A stretch of 64,000 nucleotides of DNA from Candidatus Magasanikbacteria bacterium GW2011_GWA2_37_8 (GCA_000992085.1 LBTN01000005.1:4999-68998); one strand, 5' to 3'. Positions 20,173 through 30,073 are shown, counted from the stretch's first letter. Numbers and translations are program-made. The notes: a model not told the origin generated them from the letters alone.

Positions 20173-23118
20173 TTAAACTAAAGCAATCATTACTTTACCC
20201 TCTCCTACTTCTATTTCTACCGCACCGTCCCTAGCTTCCAACACCAAATCTTTGGCTTTAACCGATGCTATTAATTCTGTTTTATATACCTCAAAAACTT
20301 CAACCAATTCTTTGTCTTCAGTATGCCAAAAAATAGTTACCAAATCCGCTGGGGTAAGATTTTTCTCTTTACGCATCTGATTTATCCCACGAACAAGTTC
20401 GCGCAACAAACCTTCACGTTTAAGTTCGGGGGTAATAACCGTATTTAATCTAATCTTAATTTCAGATTCTTCTTTTGTTACACCATCTTCTTGGTCTCGC
20501 ACTACTTCTGTATATTTAACCTCTTTTACATTCAATTCATCAGCTGCCATTTTCTCCAATTGTTCTGAAAGTTGTTTTCCTTGATAACGTACATATTGTA
20601 GTGGTTGTCTTACCTTCACTCCACTTTCTGCCCGAGCTGCCAAACCCATCTCCACAATCTTCCTAGCCAAAATCATTTCTTCCAAAACTTTTTCATTCAC
20701 CAATTTTTTATCCACCTCTGGCCAAGTCTCCAAATGTACTGATTCGATTATTCCTTGTTCCTTGCTCCTTATTCCTTTATATATCTTCTCTGCAATAAAC
20801 GGCGTAAACGGTGCCATTAACTTGGATAAAGTTAAAAGTACATAACCCAAAGTATCCGAAGCAGCCAAAGCATCGTTTTTATCATCTCCTTTAAATCTAT
20901 CACGCGAACGACGCACATACCACTGCGATAATTCGGTAACAAAATCCAAAATTGGTCGAGAAGCATCAGTCAAACGATAACCCTCCATGCCTTTGGTAAC
21001 ATCACCAATCAATACTTGCAATTTTGCCAAAATCCACTTGTCCAATATATTCTCACTTACTCCTTGTTCCTTATTCCTTATTCCTTCACTCGCAAACATT
21101 TCGTAAAATGTAACTACATTCCACAAAGTATTAATTAATTTACTATAAACTTCACGCACCCCAATCTCAGAAAAATTTAACCCTTCGGCTGCCATTACTG
21201 GCGAAGTAACCAAATAGTAGCGCATGGCATCAGCACCATATTTTTCCAAAACAATATCTGGTTCTGGATAGTTCTTTAAACGCTTGCTCATTTTTTTACC
21301 ATCTTCTGCCAAAACAATGCCATTAACAATTACATTACGAAAAGCTGGCACTGAATGTTTGGTCGGGATAATTGGTTTTTTACCACTAGTTAAAGCAGTG
21401 GCTAAAATATGCAAGGTATAAAACCAACCGCGAGTTTGATCTTGGCCTTCCGCGATAAACTCCGCTGGAAAACCAGCCTCAAATTTGGTCTTATTCTCAA
21501 ACGGATAATGCATTTGCCCATATGGCATAGAACCAGATTCAAACCAACAATCCAAAACCTCAGGAATACGTTTATATACCTTACCATCTTTTTTAATCTC
21601 CAAATCATCAATTTTGTGTTTATGAAGATCAGTGATTTTTGCACCAGTTAATTGTTCCAATTCTTCTACATTCCCTATACACAATGCCTCACCATCCTCA
21701 TTTTCCCAAACTGGAAGCGGGGTTCCCCAAAATCGATTACGCGATACCGCCCAATCACGCGCGCCTTCAAGCCACAAACCAAAACGCCCTTCTTTTATAT
21801 GCTCTGGCACCCAATTAATATCTTTATTATTTTTTAATAGTTGTTCTTTTAATTCTGTAACTTTAATAAACCAACTATTGGTAGCATAATTAAGAAGCGG
21901 GGTATCACAACGCCAACAATGTGGATAACTATGTTCAAATTTTTCTTTGCTAAATAATTTTCCATTATGCGCTAACCATTTAATAATTTCTACATCAGTC
22001 GCTGTCGGCTCTTCGCGTGGTTTAACTTCATGGCCAGCAAAATCTTCTACTTCCTCTACAAATCTCCCATCCATTTTTACGTGTTGCACCAGCGGTATCC
22101 CCTCACGTTTGCCCACATTATAATCGTCTTCACCAAAAGCTGGAGCAATATGTACCACACCAGTACCGTCTTCGGTGGTAACAAAATCAGCGCCTACTAC
22201 TCGAAAGGCATTAGAGGTATTAACAAAATATGGAAATAACGGTTCATATTCAAGACCGATTAAATCCGAACCCTTGAATGTTTTATCTAACACATAACTC
22301 GTATCACGTAACACAGTTTCTAATCTATCCTTGGCCAATACCAAATTTTCTTCACCAACTTTTACTAAAACATAATCAATATCACTACCAACTGCCAACA
22401 AAACATTTCCTGGCAAAGTCCAAGGCGTAGTTGTCCAAGCCAAAATATACACCGGCCCGCTCACGTCTCGTAATTTTTCCTTATTACTTACTCCTTGTTC
22501 CTTTATACAAAACTTCATAGTCACTGAAATGTCTTTTACATCTTTATATCCCTGCGTTACTTCAAAATTTGATAACGGCGTTACACAGCGCGGACAAATA
22601 TGCATGGCCTTGTGCCCTTTGTAAATCAAATTCAAATCCCAAAGCTGTTTAAACACCCACCAAACACTTTCCATATATGGCAAATCCATGGTTTTATAAT
22701 CATTTTCCATATCAACCCAGCGCCCCATACGTTTGATAGTCTTTTTCCATTCTTCCGCGTATTTCAAAACCGTTGCCCGACAAGCTTCATTAAATTTGGC
22801 TACACCATATTCTTCAATATCTTTTTTACTATTCAAATTTAATTCTTTCTCAATAATATTCTCCACTGGTAACCCATGGCAATCCCAACCCCACCGGCGT
22901 TCCACGCGTTTTCCTTGCATGGTCCAATAACGTGGTACCACATCTTTCATAAGCGAAGCCACAATATGCCCATAATGAGGAAGTCCGGTAGCAAAAGGCG
23001 GACCATCATAAAAAACATATGGCTTATCCTCTGGACGTTCAGAAACAGATTTTTCAAAAATTTTGTTATCCTCCCAAAATTTTAAGACTTCTTTTTCGTT
23101 GTCGTTAGCGTTATACAT
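20173..23118 (-). CDS. ileS: Isoleucyl-tRNA synthetase (IleRS2-like)
   Basis: DGPPFATGLPHYGH, WTTTPWTLP, DQTRGWFY, KMSKR. Confidence 0.97.
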   Translation of the reverse strand: MYNANDNEKEVLKFWEDNKIFEKSVSERPEDKPYVFYDGPPFATGLPHYGHIVASLMKDVVPRYWTMQGKRVERRWGWDCHGLPVENIIEKELNLNSKKDIEEYGVAKFNEACRATVLKYAEEWKKTIKRMGRWVDMENDYKTMDLPYMESVWWVFKQLWDLNLIYKGHKAMHICPRCVTPLSNFEVTQGYKDVKDISVTMKFCIKEQGVSNKEKLRDVSGPVYILAWTTTPWTLPGNVLLAVGSDIDYVLVKVGEENLVLAKDRLETVLRDTSYVLDKTFKGSDLIGLEYEPLFPYFVNTSNAFRVVGADFVTTEDGTGVVHIAPAFGEDDYNVGKREGIPLVQHVKMDGRFVEEVEDFAGHEVKPREEPTATDVEIIKWLAHNGKLFSKEKFEHSYPHCWRCDTPLLNYATNSWFIKVTELKEQLLKNNKDINWVPEHIKEGRFGLWLEGARDWAVSRNRFWGTPLPVWENEDGEALCIGNVEELEQLTGAKITDLHKHKIDDLEIKKDGKVYKRIPEVLDCWFESGSMPYGQMHYPFENKTKFEAGFPAEFIAEGQDQTRGWFYTLHILATALTSGKKPIIPTKHSVPAFRNVIVNGIVLAEDGKKMSKRLKNYPEPDIVLEKYGADAMRYYLVTSPVMAAEGLNFSEIGVREVYSKLINTLWNVVTFYEMFASEGIRNKEQGVSENILDKWILAKLQVLIGDVTKGMEGYRLTDASRPILDFVTELSQWYVRRSRDRFKGDDKNDALAASDTLGYVLLTLSKLMAPFTPFIAEKIYKGIRSKEQGIIESVHLETWPEVDKKLVNEKVLEEMILARKIVEMGLAARAESGVKVRQPLQYVRYQGKQLSEQLEKMAADELNVKEVKYTEVVRDQEDGVTKEESEIKIRLNTVITPELKREGLLRELVRGINQMRKEKNLTPADLVTIFWHTEDKELVEVFEVYKTELIASVKAKDLVLEARDGAVEIEVGEGKVMIALV

Positions 23119-23154
23119 ATTAAAATTTAAAATTAATTAATTTACTTCTTCACA

Positions 23155-23570
23155 CACCAACCGTTCTTGTCCCTTTCTTTTATAAGAAAGTGACGCAAAG
23201 AAATCGCGAGTTGTGAATAAATTTGAAAAAATTTTGTAACGCGTCGTTACTTTTAGCTCTAACTCGCTACGCTCAAACAGAGAGCCAAACCCTCCCTATG
23301 GTCGGGTCGTTCCTCCTTGTTTACAAATTTATTTCAAATTTACTCAATACTCGCCTCGCCAACGTTGGCCAACTGTCCCGAGCCTTGGTGAGTGAGGTTT
23401 AATTTAGAGGTGAATTAACGTGATCCGCCCGTAGGGCGGATTTGACTCGCTGTTTGAGCGAAGCGAGTTCGAGTCAAAAACATTAATGAACCCTAAATTA
23501 TCCGAACGAACCACCAGCTCGAAGTTTTTGCTCCACTTTTTTTAAAAAGTGGAAGGCAATTGGCTTTATT
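23155..23570. repeat. REP/MITE-like palindromic insertion between T-box and ileS
   Basis: ACTCGCTACGCTCAAACAG vs CTGTTTGAGCGAAGCGAGT inverted arms; internal hairpins ATCCGCCC-GTA-GGGCGGAT and TCCACTTTT..AAAAGTGGA. Confidence 0.6.
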
Positions 23571-23580
23571 TAAAAAAATA

Positions 23581-23745
23581 AAAAACACGAATAATATCGT
23601 GCCAAGAGTCCGCGACTTTGTCGGGACGGTACCATCTTGTGCTTTAGCTTAATTACGGCTATAACGGGCCAACCCGCAGGGTTCTACTTACCACTTCTGG
23701 CTTTCTTCCCCAAGCTCCTCGCTGATAACGAGTTTTAATGCTTTT
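23581..23745 (-). promoter_or_regulatory. Ile T-box riboswitch with ultrashort Stem I
   Basis: CUCGU-UAUCA-GCGAG (AUC specifier in the apical loop), GAAGAA/AGUAGAA Stem II, CCCGUUA, antiterminator AAGA-UGGUACC-GUCC..GGAC-UCUU. Confidence 0.88.
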
Positions 23746-23894
23746 CTTATGTGTTTATCTTACTCAAAAAAACATTAACTGTCAACTGTTGCGTGTCAAC
23801 TGTTGCGAATTCTTATTAAAAACTATATAATACATTTACCAAATCAAAATTCGATCAATTTATTCCTTACTCCTTATTCTTTATTCTTTTATAT

Positions 23895-24215
23895 ATGCTT
23901 TATATCGGCTCCGATTATGCTGGTTTTGATCTTAAAACAAAACTTGTAACTTATCTTAAAAAACAATTAAAATTAAAAGTAGAAGATTTGGGTGCTTTTG
24001 AAAAAACTGAAGACGATTTTGTAGATTACGCTGTACCAGTAGCCAAAGCAGTCGCTAAAAATGAAGCCAACCGCGGAATTCTAATTTGTGATAGTGGTCA
24101 TGGTATGAATATTGCCGCTAATAAAATAAAAGGCATACGAGCTTCTGAAACTGATTTTATCCCACTCGAACGCCGTATCCGCCGTATGAAAAAAATCGCA
24201 AAGTTGGAGAAATAA
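23895..24215 (+). CDS. rpiB: Ribose-5-phosphate isomerase B, internally shortened
   Basis: IGSDYAGFDLK, GILICDSGHGMNIAANKIKGIRA; usual HN.AN segment absent. Confidence 0.8.
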   Translation: MLYIGSDYAGFDLKTKLVTYLKKQLKLKVEDLGAFEKTEDDFVDYAVPVAKAVAKNEANRGILICDSGHGMNIAANKIKGIRASETDFIPLERRIRRMKKIAKLEK

Positions 24216-24217
24216 TT

Positions 24218-24853
24218 ATGCCAAAAATCATTCCCACCATATTAGCCACAACCTACACTCAATTCGAAGAACAATTTAAAAAAGTTTCACCTTTTTTCGA
24301 TTTAATTCAAATCGATGTAATGGATGGAAAATTTGTTAGTAATCAATCTTTTGCTGAAATTGATAATATAAACAACGTCAACCTTAACGCCAAATTTGAA
24401 TTACATTTAATGGTTGAACACCCGATTGAAGAAATTAAAAAGTGGAAAAATATTAAAAATATCGTTAGAATAATATTTCATATTGAATCAAAAGATAACC
24501 CCGAAGAAGTAATTAAAACAATTACAGATTTAGGGGTAGAAGTTGGTATTGCCATTAATCCAGAAACAAATACAAGCGCAATCGAACCATATATAAACCA
24601 AATTAATGAAGTTTTGTTCCTAACTGTCCACCCTGGAAAACAAGGAGCAGAATTTTTACCAGAAGTGGGAAAGAAAATTAGAAATTTTAATAAAACAAAT
24701 CTAAAAATTGCGGTTGATGGTGGAATTAATGAAATAAATATTGAACAAGTATGCGATTGGGGTGTAGATACTTTTTGTATTGGTAGTGCTATAATAATGG
24801 CAGAAGATACTGAAAAAGCAAAACAAAATTTATTAAATCAACTATCATCCTGA
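24218..24853 (+). CDS. rpe: Ribulose-phosphate 3-epimerase
   Basis: IDVMDGKFV, HLMV, TVHPG..G, VDGGIN. Confidence 0.92.
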   Translation: MPKIIPTILATTYTQFEEQFKKVSPFFDLIQIDVMDGKFVSNQSFAEIDNINNVNLNAKFELHLMVEHPIEEIKKWKNIKNIVRIIFHIESKDNPEEVIKTITDLGVEVGIAINPETNTSAIEPYINQINEVLFLTVHPGKQGAEFLPEVGKKIRNFNKTNLKIAVDGGINEINIEQVCDWGVDTFCIGSAIIMAEDTEKAKQNLLNQLSS

Positions 24854-24910
24854 ATGTAATGAAGGATCTTCACCAACGGACAGAGATCTTTCACTTCGCT
24901 CAAGATGACA
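24845..24910. repeat. REP-like palindromic element (TCATCCTGA..GAAGGATC..GATGACA)
   Basis: Related copy at 51246-51294. Confidence 0.6.
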
Positions 24911-24949
24911 ATATTATAACTTTATTAACTTTAAAACTTTATAACTCCT

Positions 24950-25897
24950 ATGCTCGACCTATTAATCATTGGCGCTTCTGCTGCTGGTTCTAGCGCTGCT
25001 ATCTATGCCGCCAGAAGAAAACTAAATTTTAAAGTCGTTACCGATAATATTGGTGGCGAAGTTGCTTTATCCGGAGTAGTAAATAACTGGCCAGGAATTA
25101 TTGAAATTCAAGGCTACGAACTAGCTCAAAAATTTAATGAACATGTAAAATCATACAACGTTGCAATCGACGAAGGCTGGCGAGTAGAAAAAATCGTTTC
25201 AGAAAACAACCATCACACTGTTACCACTAAAAATTCTACAGGAGAAATTCGTACTTACGAAACCAAAACTGTACTTATCGCTACTGGTATTCATCCTCGC
25301 CGTTTAGATGTGCCAGGCGAAAAAGAATTATACCAAAAAGGTGTTACTTACTGCACCGTTTGCGATGGACCATTATTTAAAAACAAAGTTACTGCAACTA
25401 TTGGCTCTGGTAATGCCGCCCTAGAATCAGCTATGATGATGGCGACTATTGCCACTAAAGTTTACCTAATTAGTAAATACACTAATACTCAAGAAAATAA
25501 TAGCGGTTTCCCTAAAGGAGAAAATATTATGATCGACAAGGTAAAGGAACTGCCCAATGTAGAAATTATTTATGGTGCCAAAACTATTGAAATAGTTGGC
25601 CCAGAACGTGTAAAAGCATTAAAATATCTTGATGAAACTGGCACCGAAAAATCAATCGACGTACAAGGCGTAATGGTGCATGCCGGACAAATTCCTAATT
25701 CACAATTTATAGAAACAGTAGAAAAAACCAGAACCGGAGAAATTATAGTAGACCAAAAATGTTGTACCAATATCCCAGGAATTTTTGCTGCTGGAGATGT
25801 TACTAATATCCCATACAAACAAATTGGTATTTCTGCTGGCCAAGGCATCATTGCTTCTTTGGCAGCGATTGAATATATTAATAGATGGAAAGAATAA
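24950..25897 (+). CDS. trxB: Thioredoxin reductase (TrxB/AhpF-C-like)
   Basis: GVTYCTVCDG, GSGNAALE, GIFAAGD. Confidence 0.88.
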   Translation: MLDLLIIGASAAGSSAAIYAARRKLNFKVVTDNIGGEVALSGVVNNWPGIIEIQGYELAQKFNEHVKSYNVAIDEGWRVEKIVSENNHHTVTTKNSTGEIRTYETKTVLIATGIHPRRLDVPGEKELYQKGVTYCTVCDGPLFKNKVTATIGSGNAALESAMMMATIATKVYLISKYTNTQENNSGFPKGENIMIDKVKELPNVEIIYGAKTIEIVGPERVKALKYLDETGTEKSIDVQGVMVHAGQIPNSQFIETVEKTRTGEIIVDQKCCTNIPGIFAAGDVTNIPYKQIGISAGQGIIASLAAIEYINRWKE

Positions 25898-25901
25898 CAA
25901 T

Positions 25902-26121
25902 ATGACAGGGATAATTTACAAAATCATTGGTGCTATTGGCTTGTTACTTATAACAAGCGGTGTGCTAACAAAAAAAAGCACGCCCGCGTAATATCTATTT
26001 TATAATGGGGGGAATTTTGCTTTTAATTTACAGCGTCTACTTAAAAGACCCCGTCTTTATTCCTTTACAAATTATTTTTACCATTGCTGGAATTTACGAA
26101 ATATACAAAATAAAAAAATAA
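25902..26121 (+). pseudogene. Small 3-TM membrane protein frameshifted at an A8 tract
   Basis: Removing one A at 25970-25977 gives a continuous 72-aa ORF resembling the next gene. Confidence 0.65.
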
Positions 26122-26142
26122 TTTAAAATTTAATTGTTCCAT

Positions 26143-26487
26143 ATGCCCCCTCTCGCCAATATCCTGCCCACCTTACCGTGGACATACATAGAAATAATCA
26201 TAAACGTAGTCGCTACCCTTGGTGCTATTTTAGTTACCTATGGTATTTTTTTAGAAGCCGAACGAAAACAAGATGCTGTATTTACTATTGGCGCTGCTTG
26301 TCTTTTAGTTTACTCTCTTTGGATTGGAAATAAAATTTTCTCCGTCGCTATGGCCGGCCTCATGGTTGGATCTTTTATCGAATTAATTGAAATTATGTTG
26401 GGCAGACACGAACATACCGAAAAACTAATTACAGAATACAAATGTCCTTCTGGAAACTGCCCACATGAACAAAATCTTAAAAAATAG
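26143..26487 (+). CDS. Small 3-TM membrane protein
   Basis: Three hydrophobic helices; resembles the frameshifted upstream ORF. Confidence 0.65.
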   Translation: MPPLANILPTLPWTYIEIIINVVATLGAILVTYGIFLEAERKQDAVFTIGAACLLVYSLWIGNKIFSVAMAGLMVGSFIELIEIMLGRHEHTEKLITEYKCPSGNCPHEQNLKK

Positions 26488-26498
26488 CCAAAATATTT

Positions 26499-27482
26499 AT
26501 GTTTAATTTAATTACAATTGGCGACGCTTTAATAGATACCCACGTCCAAATCGATGACGCTACCCTAGAATGCGATATTAACCACGAACACTGTCATTTG
26601 TGTTTAGATTACGCCAGTAAAATTCCTATTACCGGCAGCTTCCAATCTTTAGGTGGTAACGGCGCAAATGTAGCTTGTGGCGCATCTAAATTAGGACTAA
26701 AAACTGTTATTTTAAGCTCCGTTGGTAACGACTCTAATGGAAAATTGGTAGAAGAAGAATTGACCAAATTTAAAGTAAACACTTCTTTAATTTCTATTGA
26801 TAAAACCGCCCAAACTCGTTACTCGGTAGTATTAAATTTCCGTGGTGAACGTACAATTTTATCTTATCACCAAAAACGCCAATATGTTTGGCCAGATAAT
26901 ATACCAGCTACCGATTGGATTTATTACACCGGCATGTCTGAAGGTTTTGAAAAAATACAAACTAAATTAATTAATCATTTACGCAAACATCCCACTATTC
27001 GATCAGCATTTAACCCTGGATCTTACCAATTAAAACAATCCTTAGAATTAGTACAAGAAATGATTGCCCATACTAATTTGCTTATTATCAATTTAGAAGA
27101 AGCAGAAAAAATATTAAACACTACTTTGGCTAAAGAAAAAACTCCAGTCGCTTTAATACATAAATTACTTGCGCTAGGCGCAGAAGAAGTGGTAATAACC
27201 GATGCCAGTCGTGGCGCTTGGGCCGGCGATAGTGATAGTGTTTGGCATATCAACAGCTTCCCTGTTGAAGTAAAAGCCAAAACTGGCGCTGGCGATGCTT
27301 TTTCCTCTGGCTATTTGGCCGCCCGATTTAATAAATTAAGTTTAGAAGAGGCGTTAGTCTGGGGTATTGCTAATAGCTCTAGTGTAATTGTAAAAGTTGG
27401 GTCCCAAAACGGATTACTAGATAAAGCTGGCATAAAAAAGATGATAAACAAGTATTCCAAAATTAAGCCAAAAGCAGTTTGA
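26499..27482 (+). CDS. PfkB-family carbohydrate kinase
   Basis: GGNGANVA, VGND..G, TGAGDAF. Confidence 0.9.
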   Translation: MFNLITIGDALIDTHVQIDDATLECDINHEHCHLCLDYASKIPITGSFQSLGGNGANVACGASKLGLKTVILSSVGNDSNGKLVEEELTKFKVNTSLISIDKTAQTRYSVVLNFRGERTILSYHQKRQYVWPDNIPATDWIYYTGMSEGFEKIQTKLINHLRKHPTIRSAFNPGSYQLKQSLELVQEMIAHTNLLIINLEEAEKILNTTLAKEKTPVALIHKLLALGAEEVVITDASRGAWAGDSDSVWHINSFPVEVKAKTGAGDAFSSGYLAARFNKLSLEEALVWGIANSSSVIVKVGSQNGLLDKAGIKKMINKYSKIKPKAV

Positions 27483-27551
27483 CACCGCACCAGAACGGTA
27501 CATGACTATTTAAAAAACCGTCCGATTATCGAACGGTTTTTTTGTTAATAA

Positions 27552-27968
27552 CTATTTAAAAGGATTATAACCTTGCTCGAGCAAATTTATAATAGGTAAA
27601 AAAAGTGGCCGTGGCATTTCTTCCCAATCAAACCAATCAAAAAATTCTGTTTTATCTGGTTCCATTATTTTTGGATCACCAGAGGCATAATCAGAAACTA
27701 CAAATAAAGTAACATAATGTTTGCCTTCACCAGTATGAACATCGTTGGTATAAGGGCCAACCCAAATATTAGTTATTTCTATCCCCAATTCTTCTATAGT
27801 TTCACGACGAGCAGTCTCTTCTAAACTTTCCCCAAATTCCATATGCCCCCCCGGAAAACACCAAGTACCAAAACCATGAGCACCTTTTCTTTTTTGCATC
27901 AAAACTTTGCCATCTTTTTTGACAATTACCCCTACTCCTACTTTTGGTCTTTTGGTTATATCTTCCAT
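27552..27968 (-). CDS. Nudix hydrolase (MutT/NUDT15-like)
   Basis: Nudix box GGHMEFGESLEETARRETIEELG. Confidence 0.92.
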   Translation of the reverse strand: MEDITKRPKVGVGVIVKKDGKVLMQKRKGAHGFGTWCFPGGHMEFGESLEETARRETIEELGIEITNIWVGPYTNDVHTGEGKHYVTLFVVSDYASGDPKIMEPDKTEFFDWFDWEEMPRPLFLPIINLLEQGYNPFK

Positions 27969-27970
27969 AT

Positions 27971-28486
27971 CTAAGACAACTTTTTTAAAATCTCCTCACC
28001 AAATTCTTTGGCTGCGGCAGGGCCGCTGGCGGTAATAAGATTATTATCAACTACTACCGGTTTGTGCACATACCCTGCGTTAACAGCAGACAAAATTTCT
28101 TCTAATTTATTATCTCCGTCCCAGCCAGTAATTTTGCGCCCTTTTAAAACTTGGGCATTAGCTAAAATTCGTGGTGAAATACAAATTGCTCCCCAAAATT
28201 TTTCACTAGCCGCAACCTCACGTATAATTTTATAAGATTTTTCATTATCCAAATATTCTAATGCCCCCGGACCACCAATAAAAAATATACCATCGTAATC
28301 ACCTGCTACCACTTTATCCAAAAGTATATCAACTTCTGTTTCGCTATTATCAATGGCGACTGCTTTGCCCAAACTATTGCTAGCAGTAATAACAGTAACA
28401 CCGCCCGCTTCTAAAATCGCTTTGGGAATAGCGTATTCTATTGGTTGATAATCTTTAGAAGCAACCACTAATAAAACTTTTTTCAT
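27971..28486 (-). CDS. DJ-1/PfpI family protein
   Basis: YQPIE, FIGGPG, AICISP, ITASGP. Confidence 0.9.
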   Translation of the reverse strand: MKKVLLVVASKDYQPIEYAIPKAILEAGGVTVITASNSLGKAVAIDNSETEVDILLDKVVAGDYDGIFFIGGPGALEYLDNEKSYKIIREVAASEKFWGAICISPRILANAQVLKGRKITGWDGDNKLEEILSAVNAGYVHKPVVVDNNLITASGPAAAKEFGEEILKKLS

Positions 28487-28487
28487 A

Positions 28488-29216
28488 CTATACTTTTTCG
28501 TTATAAAAATCTACATCTACCGCTGTATGAATACCACGCATCCGATTTAAATCTTGTTTGCGACCATGGAAAAAATCTACTGATTGGCAAACTGCTTCAT
28601 AATTTAATTCGGGGCCAAGAAGGCATAAACCGAATTCAAAACTACGTACCCTAGTTCTAATTTCGGCAGCTAAATTAGGATGATCTTGTTCTTTGTCTGC
28701 CAACCCTCGCATATCATCTAGCCGACCTCTTATTTCGGCTAACATTTCGGCAAAAGAAGCGACTCGTTCTAAATATTTATCTTTTTCTACACCCATTACT
28801 TTACGATTAACAAAATCGCGCAAATCTTTTTGCATTTCTACCAAAGCACTACACAATTCTCCACGTTCTTCGGGAATAAAATAATCAGCTGGCCTGCCAG
28901 AGTGCAAATCACGCAAAGTGCCGCCATAAGTTTTAAAATCTTGATATTTTTCTTGTGTACTTTTAGACAAACGAGGTAACAAAGAATGTTCGCCGATTTC
29001 ATTTTCTGCTAAAGCCAAAAATTCTTTATAAGCCTGATTCCACGGCCAAACTAAATAGCCAAAGTTAATCATGGTGTCTTCGATTTCTTCTACTGTCATA
29101 GTTTGGTCTTGCTCCAGATGTTCTAAAGCATGCTTCATTTTTTCTACTTCTTCTGTTGGAAATAACGGCGGCAAATGATCATAAAGATAACGAAAAAGTT
29201 TGATAGTTGATTGCAT
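28488..29216 (-). CDS. Hypothetical helical protein
   Basis: 242-codon ORF in operon context. Confidence 0.65.
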   Translation of the reverse strand: MQSTIKLFRYLYDHLPPLFPTEEVEKMKHALEHLEQDQTMTVEEIEDTMINFGYLVWPWNQAYKEFLALAENEIGEHSLLPRLSKSTQEKYQDFKTYGGTLRDLHSGRPADYFIPEERGELCSALVEMQKDLRDFVNRKVMGVEKDKYLERVASFAEMLAEIRGRLDDMRGLADKEQDHPNLAAEIRTRVRSFEFGLCLLGPELNYEAVCQSVDFFHGRKQDLNRMRGIHTAVDVDFYNEKV

Positions 29217-29249
29217 ATAAAGGAGTAAGGAATAAAGAATAAGGAACAA

Positions 29250-29594
29250 CTATTTTTTGTTGACTATAGACCAAATAATTTTGGCTAATTCATTAATCAA
29301 CAAAACCGTTTCTTTAAATTTTAATTCATTTAAATAATTTTGTTTTTTAGAAAAATTTATCAGATACCTGGTTTCTTCTAATGAACCAAAAGCAATAATT
29401 AAAAAACGTCTAAATTCATTTTTACTCTGCCTAGCAAACCCTTCAACAATATTTAATACCACCGACAAAGCAGATCTCCTCAGTTGTGACGTTAAACCAT
29501 ACAATTCATATTTTGGAAAACACTGTATAATTTCATAAATACTATTTGCCAACTTATCAGCCTTAACATACAATGGATTATTTTCACTTATCAT
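29250..29594 (-). CDS. Four-helix-bundle protein (23S rRNA IVP / bAvd-like)
   Basis: FPKYELYGLTSQLRRSALSVVLNIVEG, FLIIAFGSLEE; flanked by inverted heptamer repeats. Confidence 0.92.
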   Translation of the reverse strand: MISENNPLYVKADKLANSIYEIIQCFPKYELYGLTSQLRRSALSVVLNIVEGFARQSKNEFRRFLIIAFGSLEETRYLINFSKKQNYLNELKFKETVLLINELAKIIWSIVNKK

Positions 29595-29614
29595 AATCAC
29601 TTACTCCTTATTCT

Positions 29615-30073
29615 TTATTCCTTACTCCTTATATCATACATAGCAATTCCAGTGGCAACACTTACATTTAAACTATTTTTTTTACCCTTCATTGGAATTT
29701 CGATTGACTCATCACAATATTTTAACAGCCCTTTGGTAACGCCGGTCTTTTCATTTCCTACTACCAAAACTATTGGGAGCTTTGGTTTCCACTTATATAT
29801 ATTAACACTATTTTTGGTTTGTTCCAAGGCAACAATATTATAGCCTTCGCTTTTTAACTGTTTCAAAACTCGCCAAGCCTGTTTTTCGTATTGCCAACTT
29901 ACCCATTTTTCTGCTCCAAGCGAAACTTTGGTAACTTTAATATCTTCGGGTTTGGGCGTATAGCCAGTTAAATAAATTTTATTTACCCCAGCACCATCAG
30001 CTGTTCGAAACATCGCCCCCACATTGTGGCAACTACGAATATTGGGTAATACCAAGATAAAATTGTCTTTCAT
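29615..30073 (-). CDS. SpoU/TrmH-family RNA methyltransferase
   Basis: NVGAMFRTA, VGNE..G, IPMKG..SLNVS. Confidence 0.9.
   Translation of the reverse strand: MKDNFILVLPNIRSCHNVGAMFRTADGAGVNKIYLTGYTPKPEDIKVTKVSLGAEKWVSWQYEKQAWRVLKQLKSEGYNIVALEQTKNSVNIYKWKPKLPIVLVVGNEKTGVTKGLLKYCDESIEIPMKGKKNSLNVSVATGIAMYDIRSKE

Noticed and set aside
23780-23807. 14-bp tandem duplication TGTCAACTGTTGCG
   Set aside because: Single short duplication at a promoter; could be slippage or assembly, with no further support
29250-29594. Diversity-generating retroelement
   Set aside because: An Avd-like gene is present, but no reverse transcriptase or TR/VR pair is seen in the window
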